Assembly: GCA_964247055.1 (NCBI GenBank)
Contig: OZ176058.1
Location: forward strand, 3,038,001-3,102,000
Origin: Paragordius varius
Lineage: Eukaryota; Animalia; Nematomorpha
DNA length: 64,000 nt
Direction of reading: 5' to 3'
Shown: positions 13,601 through 30,415 of the stretch, piece by piece
Position numbering within the stretch: position 1 is the first letter of the stretch
Layout: every line of letters starts with the position of its first letter
Position numbers and translations under genes: made by a program
Notes under the pieces: generated by a model
The model's database searches: none
Seen by the model: the letters and a program-made list of their open reading frames with translations, nothing else
Told to the model about the DNA's origin: nothing

Positions 13601-16600
13601 TATTTGTCTTAGATGAGTTGTAAGGCCCAAAACTAAAAGCGTAAGCGGATCTTTTTTTAGCATCTGATTTCATACATTGTATAACGTTATTTATAGTAAA
13701 AATTTAACATTTTGATAAAATACAGAAATACAGTTAACCAAGACCGTCAATAGTGTTATCGATTGTCATTAGGCTTTCAATTTTACGGCGTTTACATTCC
13801 ATTTCTAAAGTGATCTTGATTTTTATGTCATAATTGGTTATAAAGTATTAGGGGTATGCTCTAACAATGAGCCAAAAGCGATAATAATTATTTATTTTTA
13901 TGTTTTATATTTCATTTTTAGTTGACAAAGTTATTTGATTATTGCTAAATAAAATTAATGTAAAATAATAATAAATCTATATATTATTGAAAAAATAAAC
14001 TGATTATTGCTGGAAAAAAAATGACAATTTATATATTATTTAAAATGGTCAACATGATTATTTATGAATAAGAGTGTAGAAATTTAAAAATATTTTCCGT
14101 ATCGATTATTATAGAAATTAATTTCCATTTTTCTATTTTAATTTAAAACAAAAAAAAATCAAGTAAAATACCGATTTTTCTTTCTCATACAATTTGGCTA
14201 AGGGGATTTGTTTAGAAGCATTAGAGTTGTCATCCGTATTAGAGGGGATTCCAAATAATTGCTCAATCGGAATTTTTGGCGTTTTAAATGCGCCCTCTCC
14301 TCCCGAAGCAGTATTTACAGGCGCGGGTTTTACAACATTATCAAATAGTTTGTTTTTAATTCGATGTTTAATCATCGTTTCTATAATATCTGTGTGTTCC
14401 AACGTGTTGATCCTTTCTACAGGAAAAGTATCAAAAATATTTTTTTATTTAAAAATCTAAATTTATAAATTTTAAGCCGATTTAAATGATTGTATAAATC
14501 TATACCATAGAAAATTACTTTTTGGATATCAAATCATTTTAAATGTATATAAATAGCTTCTTTCTAATGCTGACCTATGTTTTCTTTAAATTTTTTATGC
14601 ATCCATTAACTTTTTCAAAATTGTTTTAACTAAATTCTTTTTTAATGATGCATCAGTAATATAAAAAATTTAAATTTATAGGTTTAACTATAAAAACTGT
14701 TATATATCATTCATGTGCAAAATAAAAAAATTTAAATTTAGTGTTACAATGATATAAGATGGGAAAGGTAAGTAAGGACAAATAAATTTATAAACCAATA
14801 TAACGTTAATTATATTAATTTTTAAAAACCTTAATTAAAAAACTAAATCCAAATATATACTAGCAAGTGCCGAAGGTAAAACTGTAGCCTCAAATTCCAA
14901 ATTATTGTTAGCAGATGTGTTGCCATGGTTACCAACAGCTGTCAAAAGACTATTTTCAGGACGAGAATCGGCTGTTACCTCCCCCGAAAGGGTCCATTGC
15001 TGTTGTTTTACACGATTAATGTTTGTATCCTCAAGGTGTGAAACAATTTTTTGCATCTAATTTAGCAATTATCCATTATATAATTATAAAAAAATAATTT
15101 TTTAAATAGAAATTAGTTAAGATATTAAACATAATACAGTAAAATTTTATTGTATACCATTTTTCAGTAAAAAGCAACATTTTTTCAAGCAACGCAACAT
15201 TTTTCAACAGTTGTCTTTGCTTAAAAAATTTTGCGTTTGGCTGATAAAGTTGCTTTTAACTGAAATATGATATAAGTAGGGTTGTGCATTTGACTGCTTT
15301 TTCAAAAAAGTCCGGTCAGACCCAGTCAGACCATGGTCATGACCACGGTCATGACCACTTTTAACTTAAATAAATATCATCCGATTTCGGATGAAATAAT
15401 GTTCGAACGACACTTGCGTATCACTAATTATGTTTTTTTAAGTTATCATACATTTTTTGATATTTATTATTAACAAATATTTTCAATCAAATTTCAATTT
15501 TTTTTCAAATACATTTTGCCACATGTTTGTGGCCTTCTATTCTTGATATACATAGCTTTTAATACTGGATATTTCAAATAAAATTTTACCTAGCCTGTTC
15601 CTTCTTTCATCATTGAAATATACAATTATAAAATGTTTTTTCATTTTATTGGTTCACATATATGGAATAATTTCATATTTTGCAAACTTGATTGTATTGT
15701 TTTTCGAAATAACTGGATATGCTTAAATGCTAATGTTATAAGGATGCATGTTTAACAATTTTATATTGTTAAATAAGCATATTTTAATATTTAATTTATA
15801 AAATATAAAAAAAATAATAATTATGCTTCCATAATAAAAATTATTTAAATAAGCCAAAATATATAAATAATATTTTGTTTTGTAAAAAAGTTCATGTCAA
15901 ACTACTTGGACGCCATTTTTATTTTAAATTTTATTTGCAAAATATTGTATAAAAAAAGCTAATTTTTTATTTAAATTACACTTAACATTGATAGAAATAG
16001 AAAAAAGGGTTTATATTGTATTATTTTTTCAATTTAGCTGATGCACACATGTAACGTTGACTAAATTAACCACTGGGTTTTACATTAAAATAAGTAATAT
16101 TAAGTATTTTTGAATAAAATTTTATATATATTTCGGTTTATTAATGTTATATTGGAAAATTTTGCCATGGTTTCGATTCCTTCCATATTTTTTAAAGTAT
16201 TTAATTTTAAACAGGCTTGGGGTATCCTACTACCCCAATTTGAATCGAAGGACTGAAATAAATTGTTGTATCCAAGTGTTAAATGAAGTTAAACCTTTAG
16301 TTGCTGCAATTGAAAGGCCGTTAAATTTCCTGATTGGCTACTTTTTAAAATGTCATCATTTAAAGTTTCAGAATCGGCGTTTTCAGACGCTGATAAATCA
16401 TTGAAATCCAAACTGGAAATATTTAAAAATATAGTAATATAGTTGTTAATTGAGTGGGTAATGTCGAGAGTTTGTAATGTAAACGATGTGGAGATCGCCG
16501 TAAAATAAGGTAAAAAGAAAATATATTGTAAAAGTATACTCAATCATGATTTTATTTACTTTTTGAATAAAATTTTTGTGTTATATATATTTCTAGCTGA

Positions 16601-17731
16601 ATCTCCTGACAATTGATAATTTGAACTAAATATATCATTTTTACCTTATTTTAAAGCAATCTCCACATAGTATAAAATGGAAATTAAAGCCAAAAATGTT
16701 ACTATTGGCTTTACGATAAAATAGTGTAATTTAACGTCCAATAGTTTGAAAAATAGGAATTGATAAGTTAACATTTTCAGTAACATGCACATAATGGGCC
16801 ATAGAATGCGTATTACCATATCTCAAAAAAATTCCGATTAAAAGCGACCCCAAAAGCCAATTACAGTATACATTTAAATAGTTGCGTTTACACTATAATG
16901 GGGTTTGCAACACTTTATTCAACATTTTGTTGTTTTTTCCATACACTACTGTGCAAAAATGTAAGTTTGTAAAAACTTTTATTAACAAAGATAAATATTC
17001 CAAACCAAGTGTAGATAATTTTGTAAATATACCAGTCTTTATTTTTTGTCAATATGTGTTTTTTATCGGTAATGTCGGAATATTTTGGAAAAATCAAATT
17101 ATCTTCACATCCTTCGGTCCTATCAATCGATATATTAGCCTCAACTGAATTTTGATCTGACTCACATACTGATGAGTTTGATTCCTAATATAAAGATTGG
17201 TAATTTAAAATTCTAAAAAAATTCCATATATAAAGAATGGTATTTCAACCCTTAAAAATTTAAACAATTCATTATAATTCATAAAAATTAATTTATAATG
17301 TATAGTACCACTATTTGTAAGGTTTAAATGCTTGATTTTTTATTGAAATAAGTTAACCTAAATTATACCTCAAAATTATCTTTTAGGTCAAAAAATGTTT
17401 CGATATACAAATCTTGTATTTGAGAATTAGAATCAATAAATTTTTGTTCGATTTCAGATATATTATAATCGTATTTCAGGTTAACAATTTCACACTGTTG
17501 CCAAATTTGTTGTAAATTATATCCTTGCGTGATGAATTGAGTTAATGGGCATGATAATATATTACTTTCTAAAAAAGCATCATATAAATATTTTAGCTGC
17601 AAAACAGCTTTAATATTTGCTCTTGGATTACTATTTGATTAAGAAAAAACTTCTTACCATAATGAATGTGGCTGTTTAAGCAAATTTTTTTCAGTTTGCA
17701 AAATAATTTTTAAATGACTAGGATTTGACAT
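10634..17731 (-). CDS. MPHOSPH10: U3 snoRNP protein MPP10 (multi-exon; 5' exon boundaries approximate)
   Basis: Family motifs in order: LQQIWQQCEIVN (~17500), SARNIY (~16590), AFQLQQLK|MQKIVSHLE..WTLSGEVTADSRPENSLL..LEFE (16413-16295, 15056-14861), IIETMIKHRIKNKLFDNV..LAKLYEKE (14416-14172), HSEIAKAINNLFIKLDALANMHF (11559-11428), Lys-rich last exon 11116-10634. Phases are consistent for the 3' exons. The start at 17731 is tentative. Confidence 0.88.
15153..15274. mobile_element. ~120-bp mini foldback MITE (TATACCATTT family, 22-bp units)
   Basis: TATACCATTTTTCAGTAAAAAGCAAC ... GTTGCTTTTAACTGAAATATGATATA; near-complete palindrome. Confidence 0.7.
15277..15810. mobile_element. Truncated hAT MITE, same family as 45316-45977
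   Basis: Begins TAGGGTTGTGCATTTGACTGC..CCGGTCAGACCCAGTCAGACC; reverse-complement homology to 45470-45977; interrupted by a piggyBac-like MITE. Confidence 0.75.
15820..16278. mobile_element. Partial piggyBac-like MITE
   Basis: Homologous to 32740-33216; ends GTATCCAAGTG|TTAA about 11-15 nt from an MPP10 splice donor. Confidence 0.8.
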
Positions 17732-17781
17732 ACGCTTTTCTTAACTTTGTATTGTGGTAACATGTGTTGCTATACGTTCAC

Positions 17782-18323
17782 CTATATACAACATTAATCC
17801 TTCGATTCAATTTAGGGTAGTTGGATACCCCATGTCTGTTAAAACTTAACTATTTTAAAAATTATGGAAGGAATAACTATGGCAAAATTTTGCACTTATA
17901 TAATTATAAACCGGACTATATAAAAAACTTTTTTCAAAAATACTTGATATACTTATTTTAAGGTAAAACCGAAAGGTAAAAATTTAGTCAACGTTACATG
18001 TGTGCATTGGGTAAATGGAATAATTATAAAATAAACTATTTTTTCTATTTATATAAATGTTGGATGGGATTTAAATATAAGATTGGCTTTAATTATACCT
18101 TGAAAAATAGATAAACACGATATTTTGCAAAAAAAATTTCAAAATAAAAATGGCCTCGAAGTATTTTGACAACAAAATTTTTTTACGATATTTTAGCTAA
18201 TTTATATAATTTTTATTAGGTAGAAGCATAAATTCAAATTACCACCCTTTCCTTCGGTAGTTTTTTTTTTAAAATTCCTTAAATTAGTTTGGGTATATAG
18301 GTTTCCCAAATTGAATCGAAGTG
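17782..18323. mobile_element. Degenerate piggyBac-like MITE just upstream of MPP10
   Basis: Colinear with 58237-58817 (CCTTCGATTCAA..GGGTAGTTGGATACCCC ... TTGAATCGAAGTG). Confidence 0.75.
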
Positions 18324-18459
18324 GTAACACTTAAATACAACAGTAACACCATGATAATTCTGATAGATAACAGAATATATATTTTAACTGGTTAGTTTGT
18401 GGACACAATGTTTGATAATTTTAATAAAAGCCAACACCAAAAATATTTTGACACTTTGT

Positions 18460-18830
18460 TTCAAAATAGGGTATTTAAATAAGCTAGACTATATTAAGTT
18501 AATTTTTTAACTAAAAGAAACGGTCCCAAATCCAATTTATGCTCTATCCTATACTAATTATACAAATAAGCCGAATCTAAAATATTTTTTTTAACAAACT
18601 ACTTGGAAGCCATTTTGATTTTACAACATTTTTAAATAAGGTGTTTATTAATTTTAAAGCGAAAATTCAGATTTTTTATTTATGTCTTAAAGAACGAATA
18701 TTCTTTTATTTGTTTTATGAATGTTACATAATTGCCAACTTTTGCAATGGTTTTAATTCCTTCCCGGGCCTTATGTATCCAACCACCTCAATTTAAAGAG
18801 AATACCGAAAAAATATGTTGTATCCAGGTG
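18460..18830. mobile_element. Second degenerate, deleted piggyBac-like MITE, inverted relative to 17782-18323
   Basis: AAAGAAACGGTCCCAA.., AACTACTTGGAAGCCATTTT, ends TTGTATCCAGGTG|TTAA. Confidence 0.65.
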
Positions 18831-19090
18831 TTAAAAAAATATGGGCGAATCATATTCTGATATGGAGCAATTATCACAAAAGTGTACATAAGTCGATATA
18901 ATTTGCGAAGCCAAAATCACAAAAATCAAGATAATTATGATACGGTTCCTGGATATATATATATATTTCAGGATTGCTCTGATTGCCTATTTAAACTATA
19001 CTGTTTAATAGATTCCTTGTAAAAAATTACATATTTATTTATCAAATGAAAATAATTTGATCATTGAAACAGGTGTAAGCGAAATAATAA

Positions 19091-23666
<4,576 letters not shown>

Positions 23667-24599
23667 ACGTAATATTAGTGGGACCTATCAATCTATAACT
23701 GTTAAGCCCAAAAATTAAAATATTATATCTTAATTTATCCCAGTTGTTTAAAAATATTTTGGTCCCAAATAAATTAATATATTCGAATAAATTTTACATA
23801 TAATTTAACATGATATAAATTAATAAAAAATTTGAAATTTTATCTTTATGTATGTTTACCTTCTTTGTAATATATATCGATAAGATTGCTTGGTTCATTT
23901 AAAAAAACCATACATAATTAGAAAAATATATATAACTTTAAATAATATTATATTTTTTATTACGAAATATTAGCTTATAGAAAAATGGTAATTTTTTTAT
24001 AGGTTGTTGCTCTATTTTTAAAAGACCTATTCAATATTAATCGGACGATAATGTGGTTTATGTAATATGACAAAAGTTATACTATCGATAATTGGAGCGA
24101 TTGTTATGTCTTGGATTAAGTTATTGTAGATTAATGATCACAATCAGGCCGCAAAATACTAATCATATAATACCGATAGCTGCTTGACACATTATATCAA
24201 AAAATTAAATAAATAGTTTACCATATAGAACAGCATGCAGTTCGTTGGCCGCGATTTGAGCCCACTGGCCTAACTAGAATATTTTATCGATACGTTTAAC
24301 AACTTCTGAAAACAGTAAAGAGTAATCGTCGAATCAAAAAATATGCCATGACATAGTTTCAAAATTAATTTATGTGAAAAAATCAAAATTTATCATACCA
24401 TGTAATGCAGCAGTATATGTGTAAGCAGTTGGATTTTAAATTAAAGAGTTAGAAAACAATTAAGCATTTAAATTGGCACGTATAATTTTTTAGCAAGTTA
24501 TTTTCAAACATTTTTAAAGAACAAGTTTAAAAGCAAAAATTACTATATTTTTTATGACTCAATAAGTATAAATTGCATACAAATTCTTATATTCTTTAA

Positions 24600-25184
24600 T
24601 CTATATATTTATAAAAATGGAAAATACTGGCTTTGTGATCTTCCGGAAAACCGGTAAACCCATTCAAATCCAAACATCGAAAAAATATAATCATTAATGA
24701 ATGCCCCGACAATAGCTTCGCCCGTTTTTTGAAATAGGCCCCCAGTTTGGGCCCACCCCGTGTGAAAAACGGGTTTTTTTGAACACAAAAGTCCACAAAA
24801 ATCGTGCCTTTGAGACCATTTTCCTGAGAACGTGTTGGACCATTCAATTTCAAATATGATTTTTGTTTACTTATTTTTGATCGCGCCGAACATAGTCACT
24901 CACTTTTTTTGATTTAGGCCCTCTTTTTACCCGTTACCCCCGTAAAATGCCCTCTTTTTCAAAAAAAGAAAGTCCACAAAAATTTTTAAATCTATTTTTT
25001 CCCCAATTAAACAATATATTAGTATGAATGCACCGTTTTAAAATTCCTATAAAATCATATCTATTAAATAATATTTCGAAATAATCCACATATGTGGATC
25101 ATTTTATTGTCCCTTATTTCAAATAGCCCCCCAGAAGTCCGAAGGACTTTCTCGGGTTGCGTAGCAGCATGAAATTTACGCTAG
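24600..25184 (+). mobile_element. Complete 585-bp non-autonomous Helitron
   Basis: A|TCTATATATTTATAAAAATGG at the 5' end; 3' hairpin then CTAG|T; no TSD; inserted in an AT dinucleotide. Confidence 0.88.
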
Positions 25185-26770
25185 TAAATACATAAAAATC
25201 ATGCATTAATTTGGATCTAATTTAAAGAGATATTGATTCACCGCCCATTTTATAACTTCGGGGATAGGCCCTTACTGACTCTTCAATACGCCTTATGTAA
25301 GTCTTATCGGGCGTTTTTATTGCTTCGTTAGAATTATTTTGAAAAATAAAATGAATATTTAAAACAGGGGTATCCAACACGCGAGCCTCCTGCGGCCCTC
25401 CAAAATATTGTATTCTTATATTGTTTTACAATTGCGCTAAGAGTAACTTTAAAATAATTTTGACGCTAAAGAAATTTTAGCGGATGTGTTCAACAAAAGA
25501 ATATTTCTGTACAAATTTATCAAATAACGATATCTTAATTTGGAGAAAACTTAATATTTTATAGGCGCAAAAAAATAAATTATTTTATTTAAATAAAATT
25601 TAACGTTTGTCATATGGAAAATATGATGCTTTCTCTGGAAAATTTTAATCAACCTAAGGATGTGGTCAAGTTTGACTGTTTTTTTAAACTTGAGAAGAAC
25701 ACGCCAAAAACAATTTAAGACATGTTAAATTTATAAATACATAACTTGGATATTAAATCATAAACTACTTCTGGGTCAAAATGGGTTATTTTTATTACCA
25801 ATTGTAAGACACCTCATTTTTTATCTATATTTTAAAAATAAATTACTCGTTATATGTAAAGAGTGTAATATAAAGAGGTTAATTACCCTGTCTAAAACAC
25901 AAATATATCGAACCTTGAAACAAATAAAAGTATTCTCCCTAAAGCGTAGGAAATGTACGTTTCTTTTTCTAATAATAAAACGCCATGATCGACAATTTTT
26001 TAAGTAACGTCTGTCCTTAATCTTTATATTCTCCAAACCTTTTATTCTAGAAAAGTTGCATAATAAAATTCAATATATTTTTAAGGTGCTAAAATGTGTA
26101 TAATTGGAACTAAGTATAGTTGCAAAATATGATTTTATTATATTATTTTATTGGTTAATTAATTTCTTCTTTTTTATTTGCCAGGAAAACGAAATAATGA
26201 TAACCAACACATGGTTTTCACACACTATAGGATGCTATATCAACCTCTCCTTGCAGAAAATGCAAAAATAAATCGATTATATAATTTGTCCACAAAATTG
26301 GAAGTTCTATAATCGATACAATAACAAGCAAAAACAGTGATTGCTCTGACGGTTATAAAACAAAAATAATACTTAAAATTCTTAAAAATAACATTAAACA
26401 GACATACAAATATACACGGAACATACCAAATAGTTTTAAATCAGAAACAAAAGTTAGATTTGATAGATTTGACAATGAATTTAGTGAACAACTATGGGGA
26501 AGGATAAAAAATGTTTTAATGAAGTGTCAAAAGAAAAAGTAAGGGTAAAAAGGAAAGACAATAAATGCATGCCAGATAAGAATTTAATGATAGCAGATAA
26601 GCGGAGAAAAGTTGAATCAAGGTGGATAATAATATGGTTAAAACATATAACAAAGAATTTCAACAACAACAAGGTAGGATAGTAAAAATAAACAATGTCT
26701 GGAAATGGAAAAAATAATAAAAAATGATTAATGCAGTCAATGTTCCAGATGGATGGATGGATCTCTGTTG

Positions 26771-29700
26771 TCAAGGGGTCCCTTGGCATCCCGTCGTGAC
26801 GGGGTTTAGGTGTTTGATCATTGCATTGAAGGATTTTTTGTTTTACCAGTCCCCGGCTTTTATGTTTTTGGACTGTAGGTCTTGGGTAATGTTTTTGTCC
26901 CATGTTATTGCTGGACGACCAACTCTGTTTTGTTTGTTTGGCTTAAGGTTTGTTATATTTTTAATCCAATTATCGTTATCTAATCTTTGAATGTGACCGT
27001 AATAGCCAAGTCTACGGATTTGAATATATTTTGAGATTGGTAGGATTTGTTTATCATGAGAAATTGTTCGCTTAAATGTATTTATCATTCTTTGTTCCAT
27101 ATTATCCAGCATATTTTCCTGTGTTTTACTTATTTGCCATGTTTCGCAAGCATAAGTTAAAGTGGGTCTAACGCCAATTAGGTATATTTTGTTTTTTGTT
27201 TTTGTAGATATGTGTTTATTGGTAAATATGTATTTATATTGGTTGTATCTACCCCAACCAATTCTTATGCGATTTTTGATGGCTTCAGATGAACCTCCTT
27301 GAGCGGAAATGGTATCACCAAGGTAGGTAAACTTTTGTACTTTTTGAATTTCGCTGTCACCTATTTTAAGGTAGGTTTCAGCTTCTATGGGTGGAATATA
27401 TTGTTTGGATAGAGTACATGGGGGGCATATATAATTATTATTATTTTTTAAAGTTCCATTTAATCCCGAACATGGTTTGTCAACCAGTATTGACACTTAG
27501 TGCATTGGATGGAGTTTAGTCCTACATTTTTTAGGGATGCGCGGCATGGGTATTTGATTTGATCGGTCTTTTTGTCGCCTGTTATCATAACCTTAGTTTT
27601 TTGAATGTTGATTGTGAGACCATGTCGCTCAAGGCAGGTTTTCCAGAGTTTGAACTTTTGACTGAGTTCGTTTAGATTTTCTGACGTTAACAATAAATCA
27701 TCAGCGTAGATGAGCTCCCAAGGAAGACCAGTACGGATCTCATCACTGATGGTGTCTATTATTATGGTGAATAGAAGGGGGCTAAGAACAGAACCTTGGT
27801 GTAGTCCTGTTGTGATGTGGAATGGAATTGTGTACCCGAAATGTGTGTTAACACAGGTTTTACTGTTATCATATAATAAATTTATTGCATCTATGATCCA
27901 TTTGTCTACTCCTTTTTTTAAGACACTAGAAAATGAGCGTTCGAGGGATTTTATCGAACGCTTTCTCCATGTCAATAAATAGATGGTATAATTAGCTTCC
28001 TTTAGAAAGATAGTTTTCTTGAAGGCGCCTTAATATAAATATGGGGTCTGTTGTGCTGCAGCCTTGACGGAAGGCAAACTGCAGGTTGTCAATATTAACT
28101 ATGTCCCTTATTTTCTGAGCTAAAATTGATTCAAAAACTTTCATAGTATGTTCTAGTAGTTTAATTGGACGATATGACGCGCAATTAAGCTTATTTCCTT
28201 TATTTTTGTAGATTGGAATGGTTATACTATTTTGCCAATCAGATAGGATCTTATTCTCGATTATTATTTTGTTGAAAAGGGTTGTTAAAATGGGACTCTT
28301 AAACTTTATACTTTTCAATAAGTCAGCTGAGAGTTCAGACGGTCCTGCCGCTTTATTGTTTTTCATTTTTTTAATGCGTTTTCTATGTCGATTTCATTAA
28401 TGAGTGGTGTGGGGCCAATGTTAAAAGGCAATGTTGGCAGTTCGTCGACGTGATTTGATTCATTTAAAACTCCCTTCATATATTCAAGCCAAGTTAGTTT
28501 CACGTCTTCAGGTTTGGTCATAGTTGTACCGTCTTTATCATTAATATATTTATTGGTTGGTATATCTTGCTTATTTTGTATTCTATTTTTTACTTTTCTA
28601 AATATTCTCGAATTGGATGTATCTCTTTCAATTTCATCAGTTATTTCTCTGCTCCTCTTGTTCTTTTGGACATCAATCAACTTATTGACATATTTTTTAT
28701 GATTTAAATAAGCTAACTTATCTTTATCGAGGCCTGATTTTTTCCATTTTTTAAACAATTCAAATTTTTTCGATGTGTGACTTTTAATTTCATTTGACCA
28801 CCACCATTTCTTTTGTGGCCTACCGCCATACTTTGTTCTGCCGCAAACTTTAAGTGCAGTCTTTACTGCCCCGTTTTTTAAGGTGGTCCATATATTTTCA
28901 ACACTCATATTTTCATCTATAGATATATTGGCTGTCTCATTTTGAAAGAGGTTCATCTTTTCTGGTTTGGAGAGGGCATTACTATTTATTTTAGCTTTTA
29001 AGACTATATTTTTATTGTTATTACTATTTATCTGTAGTTCTGCTACTATCAAAGAATGTTGTGTTTCACATGCATAAGTCTTTATGTTCTTTATATAATA
29101 GCGGTATTTTTGATTGATTAGGACGTAATCAATCATTGATTCATTATCATTGCTACGATAGGTGATTAAAGCCTTATTTGGTTTTGTAAAGAAAGTGTTA
29201 GATACAACTAAATTTAAGGAATTGCAGAAATCAAGTATTGTTTCTCCTTCATCATCTCTAAAGCCAAAACCATAATTACCATGAACATTTTCATAATCAT
29301 CGTTTTTTGCTCCAACATGTCCATTCAAATCGCCACCAATCAGCACAATATCATTTGGTGGTATCTCATTGCATATATTGAATAACTGTTCCCAAAAAGC
29401 AGTTTTGTCAGATTGAGTTCTCCCTTTCTGTGGAGCGTATGCTGATATTACGTTAAATATCTGTTTACTGATGACTACCCTATGTATTAATCTGTTTGAA
29501 TGCCTGGTTATAGATACTATATTTTTTGCAAGTTCTACTTTCAAAGCAATAGCAACCCCTCCTTGGCTTGTTTTATCGCCTTGATGAAATAATTTGTAAT
29601 TCTCAATGATCTCGTTTCGTCCATCTTTGTATCGTGTCTCTTGAAGGCAACAAATGTCTATGTTTTTGTTTGTGAGCTTGGAGAGGATAGATGGGGTTTT

Positions 29701-29868
29701 CCCTTTGAGAGATCCTATATTGTAAGTGGCAAACTTAAATTTTAACTGTTTCGTATTATTATTTTTAATATGTGAGGAAAATCGTATTAGTGGTGGTTTG
29801 TTTGGAGATGTATATTGTTCAGAATTAAACAGTTGGATTTTATTATTGCGTTGATTTCGTTCAGTCAT
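26771..29868 (-). pseudogene. RTE APE-endonuclease / reverse transcriptase ORF, disrupted by three frameshifts and a premature stop
   Basis: ORF pieces 29868-28363 (TYNIGSL, LQETR, SAYAPQ, GDLNGHVG, IDYVL), 28366-27992 (KAAGPS, YRPIKLL, QFAFRQG), 27975-27460 (GLHQGSVLSPLLF, YADD), 27496-26843 (FTYLG, YACETW, GRPAITW). Past the TAA at 26843 the frame continues ..HLNPVTTG..TP*. Confidence 0.93.
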
Positions 29869-30352
29869 ATTACCATTAAGATTATAGTTATTAAATACAA
29901 TATAATAGATAAATTATGTATATAAATAAATATATTTTTTTTTGGTGTTGGTGCAAGTAAGAAAATGAAATAAAATAGAGGTGTTTAAAAGCTTTTGTTG
30001 CAGTATAATAGTTGAAAATTTGGTTGCATTGATCATATTATTATTAAGCAAATGTTTTATGATTGCATGCCTTTGCAATATCAACCTCTAGCTCCGAGGA
30101 GGAGATAAACATATTCGGCGTTTACAACCTAGGGAATCGCCTTACCAGGCTAATGGAGTTCCCTCTCCACATTCTAATTTAAAATAATTCTGGAGTTGGG
30201 GTCTTGCATTATTATATATTGTCATGTTTTTGGCAACTGGTTAAAGCGCCAGAGAGCCCGCTTGGAATTTCGTGTGAATACAGGTATTGTGGCATTTTAT
30301 AAGTCTTGACTTGCCAGGAGCCAAAACCACCACAGCCCACACATTCTTGACG

Positions 30353-30415
30353 CCTCTTCCGTTTGTCAAAGTCCATGGTGCACGACGGGGACGTGGAAGA
30401 AGGACTTAGCACCCC
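30353..30415 (-). ncRNA. HDV-like self-cleaving ribozyme (63 nt, minimal P4) at the RTE 5' end
   Basis: GGGGUGC(P1)-UAAGUC-CUUCUUCC(P2)-ACG(P3)-UCCCCGU(L3)-CGU(P3')-GCACCAU(P1')-GG(P1.1')-ACUUUGA-C-AAAC(J4/2)-GGAAGAGG(P2'). G1.U wobble present; catalytic C at 30365; one G2.A mismatch in P1. G1 coincides with the TSD boundary. Confidence 0.85.

Larger units (their letters stand above)
26751..30415 (-). mobile_element. Full-length RTE-clade non-LTR retrotransposon (~3.66 kb)
   Basis: TSD (C)AATGTTCCAGAT at 26738-26750 and 30415-30427; 3' (CATC)n tail overlapping the TSD; ~545-nt 5' leader; single APE-RT ORF. Confidence 0.95.

Noticed and set aside
13330-13880. Possible DDE transposase remnant in an MPP10 intron
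   Set aside because: No catalytic motif or terminal repeats could be read in any frame.
30085-30170. Second HDV-like fold in the RTE leader (AGGGAAC..GCC-UGGUAA-GGC-GAUUCCCU and a later CUCCUCCUCGGAG)
   Set aside because: The L3 lacks the U-C-C needed for P1.1 and there is no C-N-A-A J4/2 before a matching P2'. It is at most an ordinary stem-loop.
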